Assembly: GCF_001194135.2 (NCBI RefSeq)
Contig: NC_068988.1
Span: 68,302,053-68,366,052, forward strand
DNA from: Octopus bimaculoides
Lineage: Eukaryota
Direction of reading: 5' to 3'
DNA length: 64,000 bases
Shown: in pieces, positions 37,274 through 51,785 of the stretch
Layout: each line of letters begins with the position of its first letter
Position numbering within the stretch: position 1 is the first letter of the stretch
The notes under the pieces: model-generated
Database searches by the model: none
What the model was told of the DNA's origin: nothing
The model's input: only the letters and a program-made list of their open reading frames with translations
Program-made: the position numbers and the translations under genes

Positions 37274-38164
37274 GTAAAACGGCGATGGAAAAAATTTTAA
37301 CATTCTATATATTTAATTTAGCGCAGGTTTATAGTTTGCTTTTGATTTAGTCGACTGCACAGTATAGTAGGATCGGTTTGGCACCATCTGTGAGAAAAAC
37401 GGCACCATGATGCATTTCACTCTGCCAGGAATTTGAAAACGATATGCTGTACTGCTTGGCATTTCCGTCGGAAGCCTCAATCCGAACATTTCAGAGTGTT
37501 TGGGTGTCAATGTGAGATCAGTGGAATCTAAGAACATATGCAGAAGGTGATAAAAATCAAACATCCAGTCAACATCATGGTGTCTGAAATGATCACTAGT
37601 AATGGTGATGTTATGCTTCCATTCATATTCCTACATGGCCTCACATTCAATACGGAGGCCTGCATCAAGTGCCTGGAGGAGGTGGTGTTGCCCTGGGTCT
37701 ACAGGGTGGCTGTTGGTAGGCTCTATGTGTGGCAACAGGACTCTGCACCATGTCACACAAGTAGGAGAAATCAGTCATGGCTGTCAGACAATTTCTGCGA
37801 CCACATAACCCCTAACATATGGCCACCTAACTCCCCACACAGCATCCACCTTGATTATTATGTGTGGGACGCAGTTGAGCAAGAGATCATCAAATCTCCT
37901 TGTAACACAAACGATGAACTGAAGACAAGAATTATGGCAGCATTCACCAACTTAAACAAGGAGACCGTCCAAAAGAGTCACAAGAGATTCCGAAGTCGCC
38001 TGGAATCCGTGGTTGAAGCCAATGGCGATTTTATTTAACAAATTTACTCTTTAGTAATCCAAGATATTTTGATTTAATTTTGGTAAATATATCTGTCAAA
38101 ATGAGATGTCAAGGTTACTTTGATTTTTGCGTAATTTAGACGACGATTTATTCACCGCACTCTC
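37272..38164 (+). mobile_element. maT-type (DD37D) Tc1/mariner element, internally deleted
   Basis: ORF 37538-38038 reads KHPVNIMV..QQDSAPCHTSRR..WPPNSPHSIHLDYYVWDAVE..RFRSRLESVVEANGDFI, with exactly 37 residues between the D of QQD and the D of LDY. An N-terminal remnant at about 37406-37520 joins the core directly, so the first catalytic D is deleted. The right end is ..ttattcaccgcactctc|TA and the left TIR has decayed into (TA)n. Confidence 0.85.
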
Positions 38165-39311
38165 TACATACATATGTGTGTGTGTGTGTATGTGTGTATG
38201 TCTGTTTGTGGGTGTGTAAATGTGTATGCATTACCTTCGTATGTTATCATTCCACGTTATAAAATTTAATTTGCGAAGAGGAAATCTCGTACTATATGCA
38301 CGTATATTTATACGCATTACATACTGCTCGTTCTATGCTTGATATGTTTACAGTGTTAACATATAAAAATATCTTGTGTACTTATTTATTCAATAAGATA
38401 TCAGCGATATGGGAACCCTGTTAACATTTCATCTTATAGTATTCCGAAACGAAATTTCATAACATCATTTGAAGTTTTATCATTCAACTGTCAAGTTTTT
38501 AATGTTGAGATTTGTTTTATAATTTGCTTAATCCTCATTAAATATTTAACACCCGCTTTCATATTTCAGCATTTATTTAGCCGTTCACACACGCACGGAC
38601 GCGCGCACATGCACACACTTATTTATATATATATATATATATGTGTATGTATGTATGTATAAATAATAATACTTGGAATTGATTTTGACTACATTAGGAA
38701 ATTTCTAAACGTGCTTGAAAAATATCCTATATTGAAGGTTCATTGCATTAAAACATTCTCAGTATCTTCCTTTTATATTCATTTCTTCTTAATTTTTTAT
38801 TCTTGTAGATCATCATGTAGATTTTCTGCTAAATCATCCAAAAGAGGATCCAATTACATATAAAAATTCTTTGCATCTTCCATATCTGTATGAAGATTAT
38901 GGTTGCTGTAACTACTGAACCAATATTATTTTGCTTTTCACCTAACAATTTTGTGATTCTTTCCCTGTAAAATTCTATCTATGGAAGAGAATGAGTGAAA
39001 TGGTTACACCCTTCCATTTCAGTCTACACAAAATTAGAATCATGATTTGATGAGGTTATTATTAAATCGAACTTATGATATTTTATTTTCTTTCACCTAC
39101 ACCACCTCAACGCCCAACACTAAGTAACACAACTCAGTAACAAAACAGTACGTTTTCGCTTCTTGGTTTTATTCTAATTATACAGGATGGGCCAACAGTC
39201 ATGCACTAAATAAGGTCAATACACTCCGAAATTGTCAAAAACAATTTTTCTACAATCGAATAAATAAAAAATAATGACAAATGCACACGTACTGGTACAT
39301 GGTGAACAGAA

Positions 39312-39463
<152 letters not shown>

Positions 39464-39920
39464 ATGACAAGATCTAGGATACATTACCCAACATCTGACA
39501 TAGAAAGGCTATATATATATATACAACGTACAGAAGGTGGTAGGGGGTCTTATACATCTGGAAAACTATTATAAAATAACCACCATAGGACTCCAAAAAT
39601 ATCTACTTCAGAAGCAAGGAAAACTAATAAAATAGCCACAAAACACGAGCAAAACAAAAAACTGTTTCTCAGTATTTAAGGAAGCTGACAGATACAAACC
39701 AGAAATCATACTACCTAATAAATACGAAGAAGAAGCAGAAGAAACAACAAAAACTATAAAACAAATGAAATCCAAACTAAAACTAGAACAGCAGCGGACC
39801 ATGATAAAACGATGGCAAGAAAAGCCCCTGCATGGTAAATACTGGGCTAAACTAAATACAAGCGAAATAGACAGAGAAAAATCCCAGCAATGGTTGAGAA
39901 GCTCAGGACTCAAAGCAGAT
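39464..39920 (+). mobile_element. R4/Dong-like LINE internal fragment starting directly after (AAT)n
   Basis: MTRSRIHYPTSDIERLYI..RTEGGRG/LIHLENYYKITTIGLQKYL..LFSVFKEADRY..MIKRWQEKPLHGKYW..SQQWLRSSGLKAD covers the same region as the 721-1885 element but is a diverged subfamily. Confidence 0.85.
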
Positions 39921-40029
39921 ATTCATGACACTGTGTGAATTATTGGAATAAGGTTTACAGGGGAGATGAGAGAAACTATCTTCTCTCCTGTAGTTCATCA
40001 TCATGAACATCTGCTCTTGAAGCGAAGAA

Positions 40030-40600
40030 CTTACGCAAAATCGTTTGATATTCGTGGCGCATTATCTCTTTATAGGGTTCAGTGTAGGGTACTGGGGTCA
40101 TTGTAAACAGTTCTCGTAATATTTTCATGTGATATTCACGATTAAAGAAATTTGAAGAGCTTCCTCTGTAAGTGCCAAATTTTCAGCAATGTTCTTCATA
40201 CTCATTCTTCATGTTCAATTTAAATGAAGTTGCTGGAATTTCCGTATTCTTATCCGCATTCTCTTCCTTTCCTTCAAACTCCCATTAGATAAGCGTTTTG
40301 TAAGCAGAAATAGCCACTCAACCAGGTCCTTCTGTGAAACATTTTCAAACTTGATATTATTTGAAAGCCTAGCAATTGCTTTCGACGTTATATGAACACT
40401 TTGTATTTATAAAGTCACGTAGACTCTGACTATATATTTTCCAAGCACCATCCATACTTTAGGGTTACCTTTCATCCGATGACTTATCTATGTTATTCAC
40501 AACATTTGTTGAATGTCTTCCAGTAGTCTCTAAATGTTGGGCAATTCTTCCGACCAACTGCGTTTGTATTTTTGTTTAAAATTTCTTTGCGGATAATATA
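40030..40600 (-). mobile_element. Tigger/pogo-like transposase C-terminal remnant
   Basis: Minus-strand pieces VVNNIDKSSDER..MDGAWKIYSQSLRDF..AIARLSNNIKFENVSQKDLVEWL..NIAENLALTEEALQI..YTEPYKEI resemble the TIGD1/Tigger C-terminus. Many stops and frameshifts. Confidence 0.5.
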
Positions 40601-41150
40601 CTTCGAAGTTAAATATTACATCTTGGACTTTTCGCTGGAGCAAAGAAGTTGTCATCTGGATACATTCTACACCCACATTACCAGGATGAACTACTTCTCG
40701 CATTGTCCAAAATGATCAATGGTTTATTTAAAATAATATGTAAAATATTATTTCTATAACGGGAGAAACATTTTTGTAAGCCACTATTTGAAAAGTCTCT
40801 TCGAAAAGGCTCCAAACTTTCTTTTTTAAATGCCAGTTCAAAGACAAATTAAATTTCGTGTAAAACCTAAACACGACAAACAATAAGCATTGCGATTTCA
40901 TATCGTCAATAGCATTTCCATCCGAAAGAAGTGCTATGCGATGCTTAGGAGCTTTAAATCTCAGTACTGATCCTTTGATTCCGAGAAATAAAAATTATTT
41001 CAGGCTTGAGTTTTTACAAAATGCAGTTTCATTAAGATTTTGTATTTTCTCTGATATGTAGCTGCAGCTCAGTATAATTAGTAACCGATAAAAATTGATA
41101 TTAATATTCACGATGGATATAATGGTGATTCAGTGTTGCAAAAAAAAAAG

Positions 41151-41253
41151 AAAGAAAAGTCGACCACGGCGGAATTTGAACTCAGAACGTAGCGACAGAC
41201 GAAATGTTAAACATTTTGTCTGGCGTGCTAACATTTCTGCCAGCTCGCCGCCT
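41151..41253 (-). mobile_element. SINE family A, 5' half
   Basis: aaagtcgaccacggcggaatttgaactcagaacgtagcgacagacgaaatg...ctaacatttctgccagctcgccgcc is the reverse complement of the head of the 14173 copy. Confidence 0.8.
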
Positions 41254-42494
41254 CAAAGGAAATACATATTGTTAAGAAGAAATGTAGTGGAATGAAGAGA
41301 GAAATATAAAAGAAAAACAGAATGCTAAAATAGAATGAGAGAAAATATATTGAATGATGAAACTGAAACCATGGACCTAACGTGGATATCCATAACCACG
41401 AGGAATGACTGGAAGCCATTAGAAGGAATGCAATAGAAAAGCTAGATAAACAGAGACTTAAAATATGAGAAAGTGGTAAAAGACGTAATCAGGTAAAAGA
41501 CCAAAGAAAGTCACACAAAAAAGAAAGCTACGAAATGAAACGGACCAAATTTAATTTCATATATAGGAGATCATAAAAAAATCAATATATATGCATAGGT
41601 TTGTGTAAAAAGAATCATAATAAATCAATTCAAGGTAGTATTAATAATATTTTTTAAAATGACTGACAAAACAAAACAAAATAATATAGAAGATAATATA
41701 TATGTATATTATATCCTGGTCGATAAAATGTCATATTCAAGATTAAATGATAAAGTATAAACCATATATATTCATATACATTGAATGCGATGGTCGGAAG
41801 GATAAAATCCCGCATTAGTAATATACAGAATTCCAAAATACGAAAGAGTATCCAACAAATTCTAAGTCATTTAAAAACAATAAAGTACATAAAATGGAGG
41901 ATGGGGGAGAAGTCTCAATGACCATGCTGGCATTTCCGTAATAATGAATGCGAAATCAGAAACTTCCAAGAATGCCAACAGTTTAATAGCGTTAATGTCC
42001 GGTTCAAATGTGATGTACCAGAAAACGGAATGAAATAGTTCTAACTACAACGTGTATATCATAGAATAGCAGAAAGACATACCGCAATGGGCTTGCTTTT
42101 CTAAAATTGAGTCTTCAAAAGAGCTGTACAAGTTTCTTTTAATTTCCATACATATTTTGATACTTATTTCATGGTCTATCTACCGGGTATTTATCACTGC
42201 CTCTATATCACACTTCGAACTTTCAAGAAGCGCACAATGTGAGTGCCATTATAACAGCTATTTTATTATGTTGTTGCTACTGTGAAGGTTTCGATACTAT
42301 ATGTTACATATGGATTTGGGAACGCTGTTGCTCCAAATTCAAATGAAGTATTAATAAGGAAACGCAAAAGATCTTGAATGGAGAAGTTATCAAAAGTTTA
42401 CATAGTCATGTATGTAATATATTGTTTTTGAAATTAAAACTACAATATTTTCAAATGCTCATACACTCACAAACGCACAAATATATATGCATGT

Positions 42495-42509
42495 ACACGC
42501 ACGTACACA

Positions 42510-42580
<71 letters not shown>
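42495..42580. repeat. (CA)n microsatellite
   Basis: Direct reading. Confidence 0.95.
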
Positions 42581-42581
<1 letters not shown>

Positions 42582-45500
42582 AATATATGCAGACAGATAG
42601 ACATTTCTACACTGAAAGCCAATGAAGCAGCCGTGATTGAAATAAATTTGTGACTTTTTCGTTTACACGAAGCATGGAAAAGTCCTTCCCTACTGTGCAA
42701 GTTCCGGAATAAAAATTCTTTGTATAGATTATAAATGTGTGGAAACACTGAGCTTGATTGTGAAACACGTCATTATCAAGGATACGAAGCTCTCAATCGT
42801 TACGCTTCCTTAGCTATAGACTACAACTTTAGTTGTACATCTCGTTCATTATTGCTCTTGCATAAATGCATAAATTCCATAAATGCTATTGCATAAATGA
42901 CAAATGATAAATATGCTCCTTACATACATGTGTTAATTATAGATATACTCAGTTCCCCTCCTCTCTCTTGTTATTTTAAAAATGAAATTAATAGCCATTT
43001 TCCCAGCAATTCTTTTCCCTACGTTTTTATGCCAGTAATGTACACGTTTTTAACTTGCAATTTGGACGTTAAGTTACTGTAAAATACATTTGATGCACTA
43101 ACAATTCTTGTAATCCAGTCCCCTGTATTGACAATTTATTTATCGAACCACAGTAGAGGAATGCTCATGTAAACCTCATCAGGATGTTGTAGTCAAAGCC
43201 TAAAATGCTTAAATAGTTCTTTCGGAAACTATTATAATAGGTCGTAATGTTGTGTCAATTTAATATAACTTATTTCCATGACATTTCCCTTGTAATTCCA
43301 ACATATTAAGTACAGAATGGATTGTAATGATGTCTTTGCAGAAGGAGGAGTTAGAGAACAAATGTATGTTTTTTTTTTTAGTAACAGACAGCTGACACAG
43401 CTGTATTCGTGGAAGACAACTGAATAATTTTCACCACATTTCGGAATAATAACGGAGCATAAAGTTAACTTAATTTACTTGACTGAAATTATGGCAGATT
43501 AATCAAATAATTATTTCACATGTACACCGTGTGAAATAAAACAAATATAGTTCATACATACCGTATGTACTTGATATCATCAGTTTATAATTATATGGCC
43601 ACTCAAAATACGGTTTATTCCTTATTCTGCACAGGTTTAGCCTTTTTCGAGATTGATTACTGTTCTTGGCTTGATCACAACGTCATTTGTTTCAGGACAA
43701 ACCACACATGTTTAGACATATTGCATCTCGGAGATCACTATATTATGTGTTCCTTTTTAAGACAGTAGTACTAAATCTGAGTGGGTGAAATTATTGAGTC
43801 GTTATAACATGAACATAGTGTATGTAGTGATGTAAGTGACAAGACTGTAATATCACATGCATATTTACCATCTTCGTACAATTACCACCAGAACAAAACG
43901 TGCATATTTTCTTCTAAAGAGAATAAAGAGTCACTCACGGTTATACGGATAACTAAGAACTTCTAGATAAAAAAGTGGCATTCTATACCTAGAGAAACCA
44001 AACATTCTATATTTAAATAAAGTTGAGCGGAGTAAGACAGGAAGCTAAGAAAGGTAAGTTTGATACTTTTGTTGATCATGAGTTTAGAAACGTCATTATA
44101 TTTAGATAACTTTCTGTAATGTAAGGAGACACAAATCCAAATTAACATTCAGCGTCATTTACCAAGACTTTAAAAGTACAAATCGCTAAACCTCATTCGA
44201 ACAAAATACATGTTTTCTATTTTATGCGAAAAATACATATACTATTAACATGAAGAATTTATAAAGATTAATAGATATTCTAGGGAATCGTGTGAATCTT
44301 CAAACGCAATATGGAGAGAAAGTATATCTGATTGCTGCTAAGAAATAAATTTTAGAAAAATATCTGTGATATTAAACAAACAAACTGATGTTTTCTTCTG
44401 ATATCTTAAAATGTTATCGATTCGATTGCAATATTAAAAACTCCATAAGTGAATATTAAAAATGATAATGAATTTTTTGGTAAAATAACATATTTTCCGT
44501 TTAAGTTTTCATTATGAAAATTTCATTGTTAAAAGAAAACGCAAACCACCTGCTGCATATCTATATGTTTGTATGAACGTGTTTGTGTATATAACATATA
44601 TAGAATTCTCAAACAAGGAAATGCATACATATATAACTCTTTTCAGAGCTGAGTACATTTTATGCTCTTCTGTAATCGTACTTGACTGTAATCCTACTTG
44701 ACTAAGAATTGTTAACAGCATAAATGACTAACATTCACTTCTAAATCTATTTTTGTTTGTGGTGGGGATAATTTATGAAGAATTGAATGTTAAACCAAGA
44801 TTATAGACCTTCTATCATTCTCAGCATCCTCTCTTCTGTTATCGGCCAAAGTGACAATTACATACATGTTTTCGTTTTATTAACTCTCCTCAATATAGAA
44901 TATTTTTGTCAAAATAATGAGATTTTGCATATTATCTGTATGGTCAGTTTTCGAGACCATAGTTTACTTTTGATAGTAAACAATGTGACAACTATTCTTA
45001 TTTGATCACATATTGTGTAAATTGTACTTGCATAAGACTCTCTATAGATACTGAGCAAGCTTTAAACGAAATATTTAGCTGATGAAGTCATAAAATGCTA
45101 AAACGTATATCTAGATATCACGATACTTGATAACAAATATCAAACACTTTCCATCCAGTGAGTGATAGAAATCATTTAATAGACACACACATACATACAC
45201 ACACACATACATACACACACACATACACACACACACACACGCACGCACACACACATGCACGCACGTATGTGTGTGTATATTAGTACACATTGCACAGTTG
45301 TGATGGATACATTTGACACAAGTACGTCTATCTGAAATAGCAAATACCAATAATTTTGGGTTATGTATTACGCTACCGTAAATATAAATTTATGAACAAG
45401 ATTTTTTTCTATTGAAAATATATTTCCACAGCATTTCTTATTGCTCAGATTTTTTCAGGACTCTCTTACATATTTATTATTGGGTAAATATATACATACG

Positions 45501-47282
45501 TTCACTGATCAGCCACAGTGTAACTCCAGATTAAAGTATATAATCAATAGTATTGCATATAACTATTTTGTCCATACACAGTTTAGGTGGATCACTTTTA
45601 ACATGAAAGGACGTTTGGTTTTCTGATATTTATTTCCTCTAAATTGTATGTGATACTTCGATTTGCAAATGTACTGAAGTATGTTATATGCATTTACAGA
45701 TGTGATACACAAAAATTGCTGTAGTGAAAAGATGAGAAACAAATTTCGAGAGACTGTTAAAACAATGTTTTAAAGATTATATCTCATTGGCGCCTTATCC
45801 AGGTAATTAATTCCAAGCTGATCTAAGATAAATATGTTATTTTCTATTAAAAATTATACATAACCATATATCTATCATCATCATGTCGTGCGCACTCAGA
45901 TCTCAAAGATAAGTCGGTTCCACACTTTCCTGTCTTCTTCTCATGTCTGCAACAGAGGTTTATTTCAAAGTTAGTGCCCTGAAGCTACTGTTGTACATAT
46001 GTCTGACAATGTCTCTCTTTTTCTTTTACTTTACTGGTTTCCATAATGATAGTCGAAGTACAGCCTCATCTTTTCTTCGCCAACACTGTTCCCCGAATTT
46101 CAGTCTGCGTTGAGTTATAGTTTTTATTAATAATGGTATTTCCCATATAATTCACTGTTTGCTAATATTACTCAAGATAAATACTTTCACCCATCCTCTT
46201 AACACCTAAGTATACGATCAAGGTAGTCTGCTATCTATTTACTACAGTAAATGTTCGCTGTTCAGATTCATATACGATTCAGATTCATATACGAATATGC
46301 TTTCTTTAGAAGCTTTCAATGCTGTATTTTTTACTTATCAACTTTATTTGACTTTCAAATAGCAGGCTTAATTTTCATTACATATGGTTATGCCAATTCA
46401 GATATTACTACGCTGTCTCCCTTTGCGATTTCTATTCTGGTTCCCATATATTTGAAACGATTTACACATTCCACAGTTGCGTTTTTTGATGACAAATGTT
46501 CTTTTTGCAAATTGAAAGTCGTAAACTCAGTCCTTTTGTCATTAGCGTACTATCCGAATTATTGTGCAACTTCAATTTGTTAAAGCAATAGTTGAGCTTT
46601 CTTAGAAGAAAGAGCTCAGTTATCTGCATAATTTATATCACCAATAATAGTCGTAGAATTAAGTCTGTTACTTAGATGAATTATGTGGAAACTTGTCTGC
46701 TCTTTAATTCATATTACAAATCGTAATAAGTATTCCAATGCAACAAGAACAGAAAGGAGCAAGTATGTCATCTTGTAGTCAGATGACTGAATCCTTGCAG
46801 AGAAAGTTAATTTCATCTATGATAATATGACCTGACACTCTGCATTGTATTGATTCAGTAGATTGATAAAACGACTTACCTAAAGTTTACCACTGATTGA
46901 AGAGCCTTAAAGCTTTGTCAGCTTTATAGTACTTTTATGAAACCTTTATATTGTACAAAGTTGTTATAATGTTCATCTATTTGGAGGAGAGCCTGTTGAA
47001 TATACTTAAAAGTAGCATTTTGATGTAGTTTTTAGCAGCCATAACGGAGAAACTAATACCTATTTCCTTCCTTTGAGACTGGTTCTAAAGAATGTTTCAA
47101 CAAAAATAAAACAAAACAGGTCTCCCTTGGTGTGAGATTTTATTGCTCCTTTCGAGTAATGGAAACAAGAGAGCTTTTGTTTTCCATACTTCCAGTTGTT
47201 TATTGCCAAGACCCATTATCTTGCATCAAAGCCTTTTCAAATGAAACTTATATTTACACACCCACAAGCACACAGGCACACA

Positions 47283-47319
<37 letters not shown>

Positions 47320-47574
47320 ACACACACATTCACAAGCACACACATATATATTGGGTTAATTCAGTGAGAAGGGTAGATGATAAATTCCAGTCTTTGTAAC
47401 TTCTGGGATGATAACTTACTCCCAGAAACATGGACAAAACAATTGCAAATCACAGAAGATACCGCTTTTTTCGAACCAGGTAGTGGTGTAAATTTTGGGT
47501 AATGGATTAATTTTATCAACGTAGAAGAGAAATGGTTTGATAGTTGCCTTACATCATTTTCGATTACAAATGTT

Positions 47575-47700
47575 TGGGTGCAACACACACTAAATTAAAA
47601 GATACTTGCTCGTGTTGCCGAGCACTGAAATCGAACCAAAACCTTATCGTACGGATGCACAGCTTTTAAATACAGAATCATGTCTTCGTCAATAGCCACG
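47575..47700 (-). mobile_element. SINE family B-like head, degenerate
   Basis: gatacttgctcgtgttgccgagcactgaaatcgaacc...ttttaaatacagaatcatg is the reverse of a tRNA-like A/B-box head. Confidence 0.45.
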
Positions 47701-49714
47701 TCGGTAAATATGAACATTACATTCTGAAATTAATTTCCGAATACCACACCCTGCCGGCAATTTTGTCGCTATACATTGTTTACTGTATTTTCAACATGCT
47801 GTGATATTATCACCTATATTATGACTGTCAAAATATATCCGTATAACAACCAATAGATAGTTAAAGAATACAGACGTAAGGAGATGATATACATTGTGAT
47901 AAAATAATTCTATATTACGTAATCTGATAATGATGCCAGAGATTATCATTAAAAACAGTGAGCTGCTGGGGCATAAATGTATTTTCTTTTCTATTCTACT
48001 TGCTGCGAGATATCTGCAATAGATAAAACGCTTTCATAGTATATGATACAATTTTGCCTTAGCACAAATATATGTATTTGAATAACATGGTTAACCTTTA
48101 AAATGCAAAAATAGTTAAATATAGTCAACATTTAAATATTGTGTAAACGATAAACAAAACTGAAATTTTCTTTGAGACAAATACACTATATATTTATTGT
48201 TGTTTGTTGTGTTCATGTCATACAAAATGATGTACAAAACGTTTTTATAAATAGTTCTCTGCACATCAATCAGAGCTGCATATTGTAGAAAAGGATTGCT
48301 CCAGATATTCACTTTTTCTGTTATTGTTATATTTTTTAATATTTATTGTCTTTTTTTTAAAGATGGGAGCTATTTTCCTTCGTCATGAAGCCACTACTAT
48401 CAGCAAATCCGAAATAATTCAAATAGCGAGTGTGGGATGAAGTTTGTATTGTTACTAGTAACGACAATGCATCCTCTACATGACTTTCGAATGTAATCTT
48501 CGGTTATATTCCATGGCTTCATATTGATTCTCTTCACCATTGTTTCTCTACTGGAATTGTTTGGAGTTGGTGACTCTTAAAAGAATTTCACAATAACAGA
48601 ATATATTGTTCTCAATAAAAATGTTTTTGATCACATTGAAACTACAGTGGAAGTGATTCTTGTTTGTTATTTGTGTGTGTGTATGTGTGTGTCTGCGTGC
48701 GCGCGCGCGTGTGTGCGTGTGTCTTGTGTGTGAAATATTAATATTTACTTTACAGAGACACACATCTTCCTATACATAAATACAGATCTATAAAGGAAAT
48801 ATATTGTATAAGGTTTAACGAAAAAGAAAACTTTAATTTATATGCAATGAAGCATAGCTTGGTTATTACGGTTCGGCTATCGATGAATAAAAGAACGTCC
48901 ACATTCTCTTTCTTTCTATTGAAATCTTCTTTACTACAAATTTCATAAAACAACAACTACATACAAATGCATGAAGGATATTTAACGCATGCCAATAATT
49001 CCTCTAATATATGAAAAACTGGAATCTAGAGAAGAATTATGCACTGATTACTAGAAATGAATGATCAATAATGACAATATCCCAGTTACCATTTACAATA
49101 ACTAAGTCTTACAATTATAAGTTCAAGGTTCGGTGTACAGTATTTGTCTACCAATGTTAGTTTTAATTTCATTATAGCTCTTCTAACCAAATATAAATTC
49201 ATGATTGATTTTTTTCTCTCTCACAAAATTTCATTATACGAATTGTGTGTATTTCCACCAAATAATGAGAGATTTCCGTGCAATTTATATTGATTTCAAA
49301 TATTAGAAAGAACATAGAAATTGTGTGCGTTGGAGCGATATAATTTAGTATATGGAACTTAAGATGTTACTGGTATTTATATTGCGTTTGTGCAAAAACA
49401 AAGCGCAAAGACGAACTCAGCACTAATCAGAATCAAAATTTAAAGATAGCTTGTAAATAGAGTATATATTCCAAAGCTGCTGTTAAACCACCACTACTAA
49501 GGTATTTTTTTTTGTTTTGTTTTTAAGAATTAGATGCACTGAAACACAAGCAACAATATTTCTTTGCACAGAATGTTATACGATATATAAATGTAGTTTA
49601 TTTCGATTTCTATTACTGTTTCAGTTTCTCACGAATACGTGAATTTTTTTTCATGTATTTCATCATCATCATCATCATCATCATCATCTCTTTTGGTTTG
49701 GTTTTGCTTAATTT

Positions 49715-50490
49715 AAATGAGTTTCACCCCAGTCTCAACCAGAGCCGTCACGGTACAACAAGGTGTTTCTACGAAGATGCTAAATGGTGAGCTGCCTTAC
49801 AGTTCTAAACACTGTCTGTAATATCTGCGGGAGAAGAAAACAGAACTGGGGGGTAAGGCTGCTTTTACGTGGAGAAGAATTTCCGTAGACTGTGTGTGGT
49901 ACCCATAAGTATATTATTATTAGTAATAGTATTGAGTGAGAGAACAGTGCATACAATCAAAGCAAAGAATACGAAGCCCATTAAACCCATTGTGACTACT
50001 CGTTTGATAAGGATACACCAGGAACATGCATCACAACCATATGTGCGCGACATAGAGATCACATATCAAGATAAACAGTGCATGACCTAGCAGGTGGGGT
50101 CCCAGTTTTAGGTTGAGTAGCCCATCCCGCTCGAAAGGTCCCTGAATAAGGTTTGTTTAAGGATGTTCAACAAAACACCCATGTTTCCAAAGGTGAATAA
50201 TCCAAACCCCTGAGAATTCCTCTCAACACACGGCTGTGATGCTCTTCCCTACTACTTCTCCTCATGACAAATATGCACATATTGTCAGCCAATAAGGGAC
50301 ATGCTCAACTGGTGAAGGTCAAGCAACTGACAAGCAAATCTGTGGTATTGAGCAGATTATTGGGTGTAGCCCATTTTTTACACCATGACAAAACAATGTA
50401 CATGATGAAACTTTCAATAAATTAAGATCAGAGCCATGAGCTCATGATCTTAACTGATGCAGCACCACTGCCTGGTGCTGCATCACGGCA
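49715..50490. mobile_element. Unclassified interspersed repeat (about 0.8 kb) between (CAT)n tracts
   Basis: A GC-richer non-coding block is bounded by (CAT)n at about 49663-49687 and (ATT)n(CAT)n at about 50483-50600. It resembles an abundant octopus repeat as I recall it; not verified by search. Confidence 0.45.
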
Positions 50491-50506
50491 TATTATTATT
50501 ATTATT

Positions 50507-50582
<76 letters not shown>

Positions 50583-50600
50583 ATATTATTATTATTATCA
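50483..50600. repeat. (ATT)n(CAT)n(ATT)n trinucleotide tract
   Basis: Direct reading. Confidence 0.95.
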
Positions 50601-50962
50601 TATTTGTTGTCGTTGCTACTGCTGTTGTTATCATTATTATTCCTGACATAGCTTGTTGCTGGAGGTGTTATCAATGGACAAGCTGGCCTCTTTTCAATGA
50701 TTATGGCGGCATGTTAATTTTCAACTCCCAAGGACTTTGGAGAGACTTCTTGCACTGCCAACTAATGTTATTTTTTTTTATTCTGTTCAAGAGAGTCAAT
50801 TTTCTGATTTCATTCCAATCTTTTCTATCTGCTTTTTAATTTATTTACTTACTGTTCTTGGTGCAGCAAAAATTACTGCCCGAATATACAGCTTTTTTTC
50901 ATTGAGTATAGTGTTTTCATTTCGCTTTTCAGAACTTCATATATCATCGATTCTGGCAGACT

Positions 50963-51165
50963 ACTAATACTACTACTATTGCTGCTGCTGCTCTTCCACC
51001 TCTCCTCCTTCACCTCTACTCCCGCCTCCTCTTCCTCCTCCTCCTCCTCCTCCTCCTCCTCCTCCTCCTACTACTACTACTACTACTACTACTAGTANNN
51101 NNNNNNNNNNNNNNNNNNNNNNCTACTACTACTACCATCATCACCATCGCTGCTACTACTACTGT

Positions 51166-51211
<46 letters not shown>

Positions 51212-51235
51212 CAACGACAACAACAACAACAACAG
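50963..51235. repeat. (ACT)n/(CCT)n/(CA)n/(CAA)n compound tract containing a 25-N gap
   Basis: Direct reading. Confidence 0.9.
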
Positions 51236-51596
51236 ATGGATGACCGAAGTTTGCTAGAGATCCATGAAATCCACATACCTGGTTTCGTACAACGTTTTTT
51301 TTTTAATGTTTAATTCGTGCATATATTCAACTGAGGTAACTTCTTTTACGCACCACGTCATAACTCTATTCATCAATAAAAACAAGTCTGAAACAGCTGT
51401 AGTGAGTGAACCACTACCCATCTGTTGTTATTTGTTCATTATTCACGTTCCTCGCAACTTGCAATTAGCGTGGATCTGGAGTAAATTGAGTGCAGTGTTT
51501 GCACGGAGTCTAGCTTTGACAGTCGTGGTGTAGTCAGTCGAATACTTGTGTTCGTGTATTGAACTGGAATATAAATCCGTCCCTAATTCGGTATGT

Positions 51597-51732
51597 ACTT
51601 TTATTCTTTATTTTTTTTACTTCTACCAGTCATTTTGATTGCAGCCATGCTGGAGAACCGCTAAGTTACGGGAAAGTAAACACACCAACATCAGTTGTGA
51701 AGCGATGTGGGGTACAAACACAGACACAAATA

Positions 51733-51785
<53 letters not shown>

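Noticed and set aside
45073-45114. Second hammerhead-like motif (ctgatgaag...ctaaaacgta)
   Set aside because: GAAA is mutated to AAAA, and stems I and III are not convincingly formed.
46261-46295. 17-bp tandem duplication (ttcagattcatatacga x2)
   Set aside because: This is an ordinary slippage duplication with no spacers, so it is not CRISPR-like.
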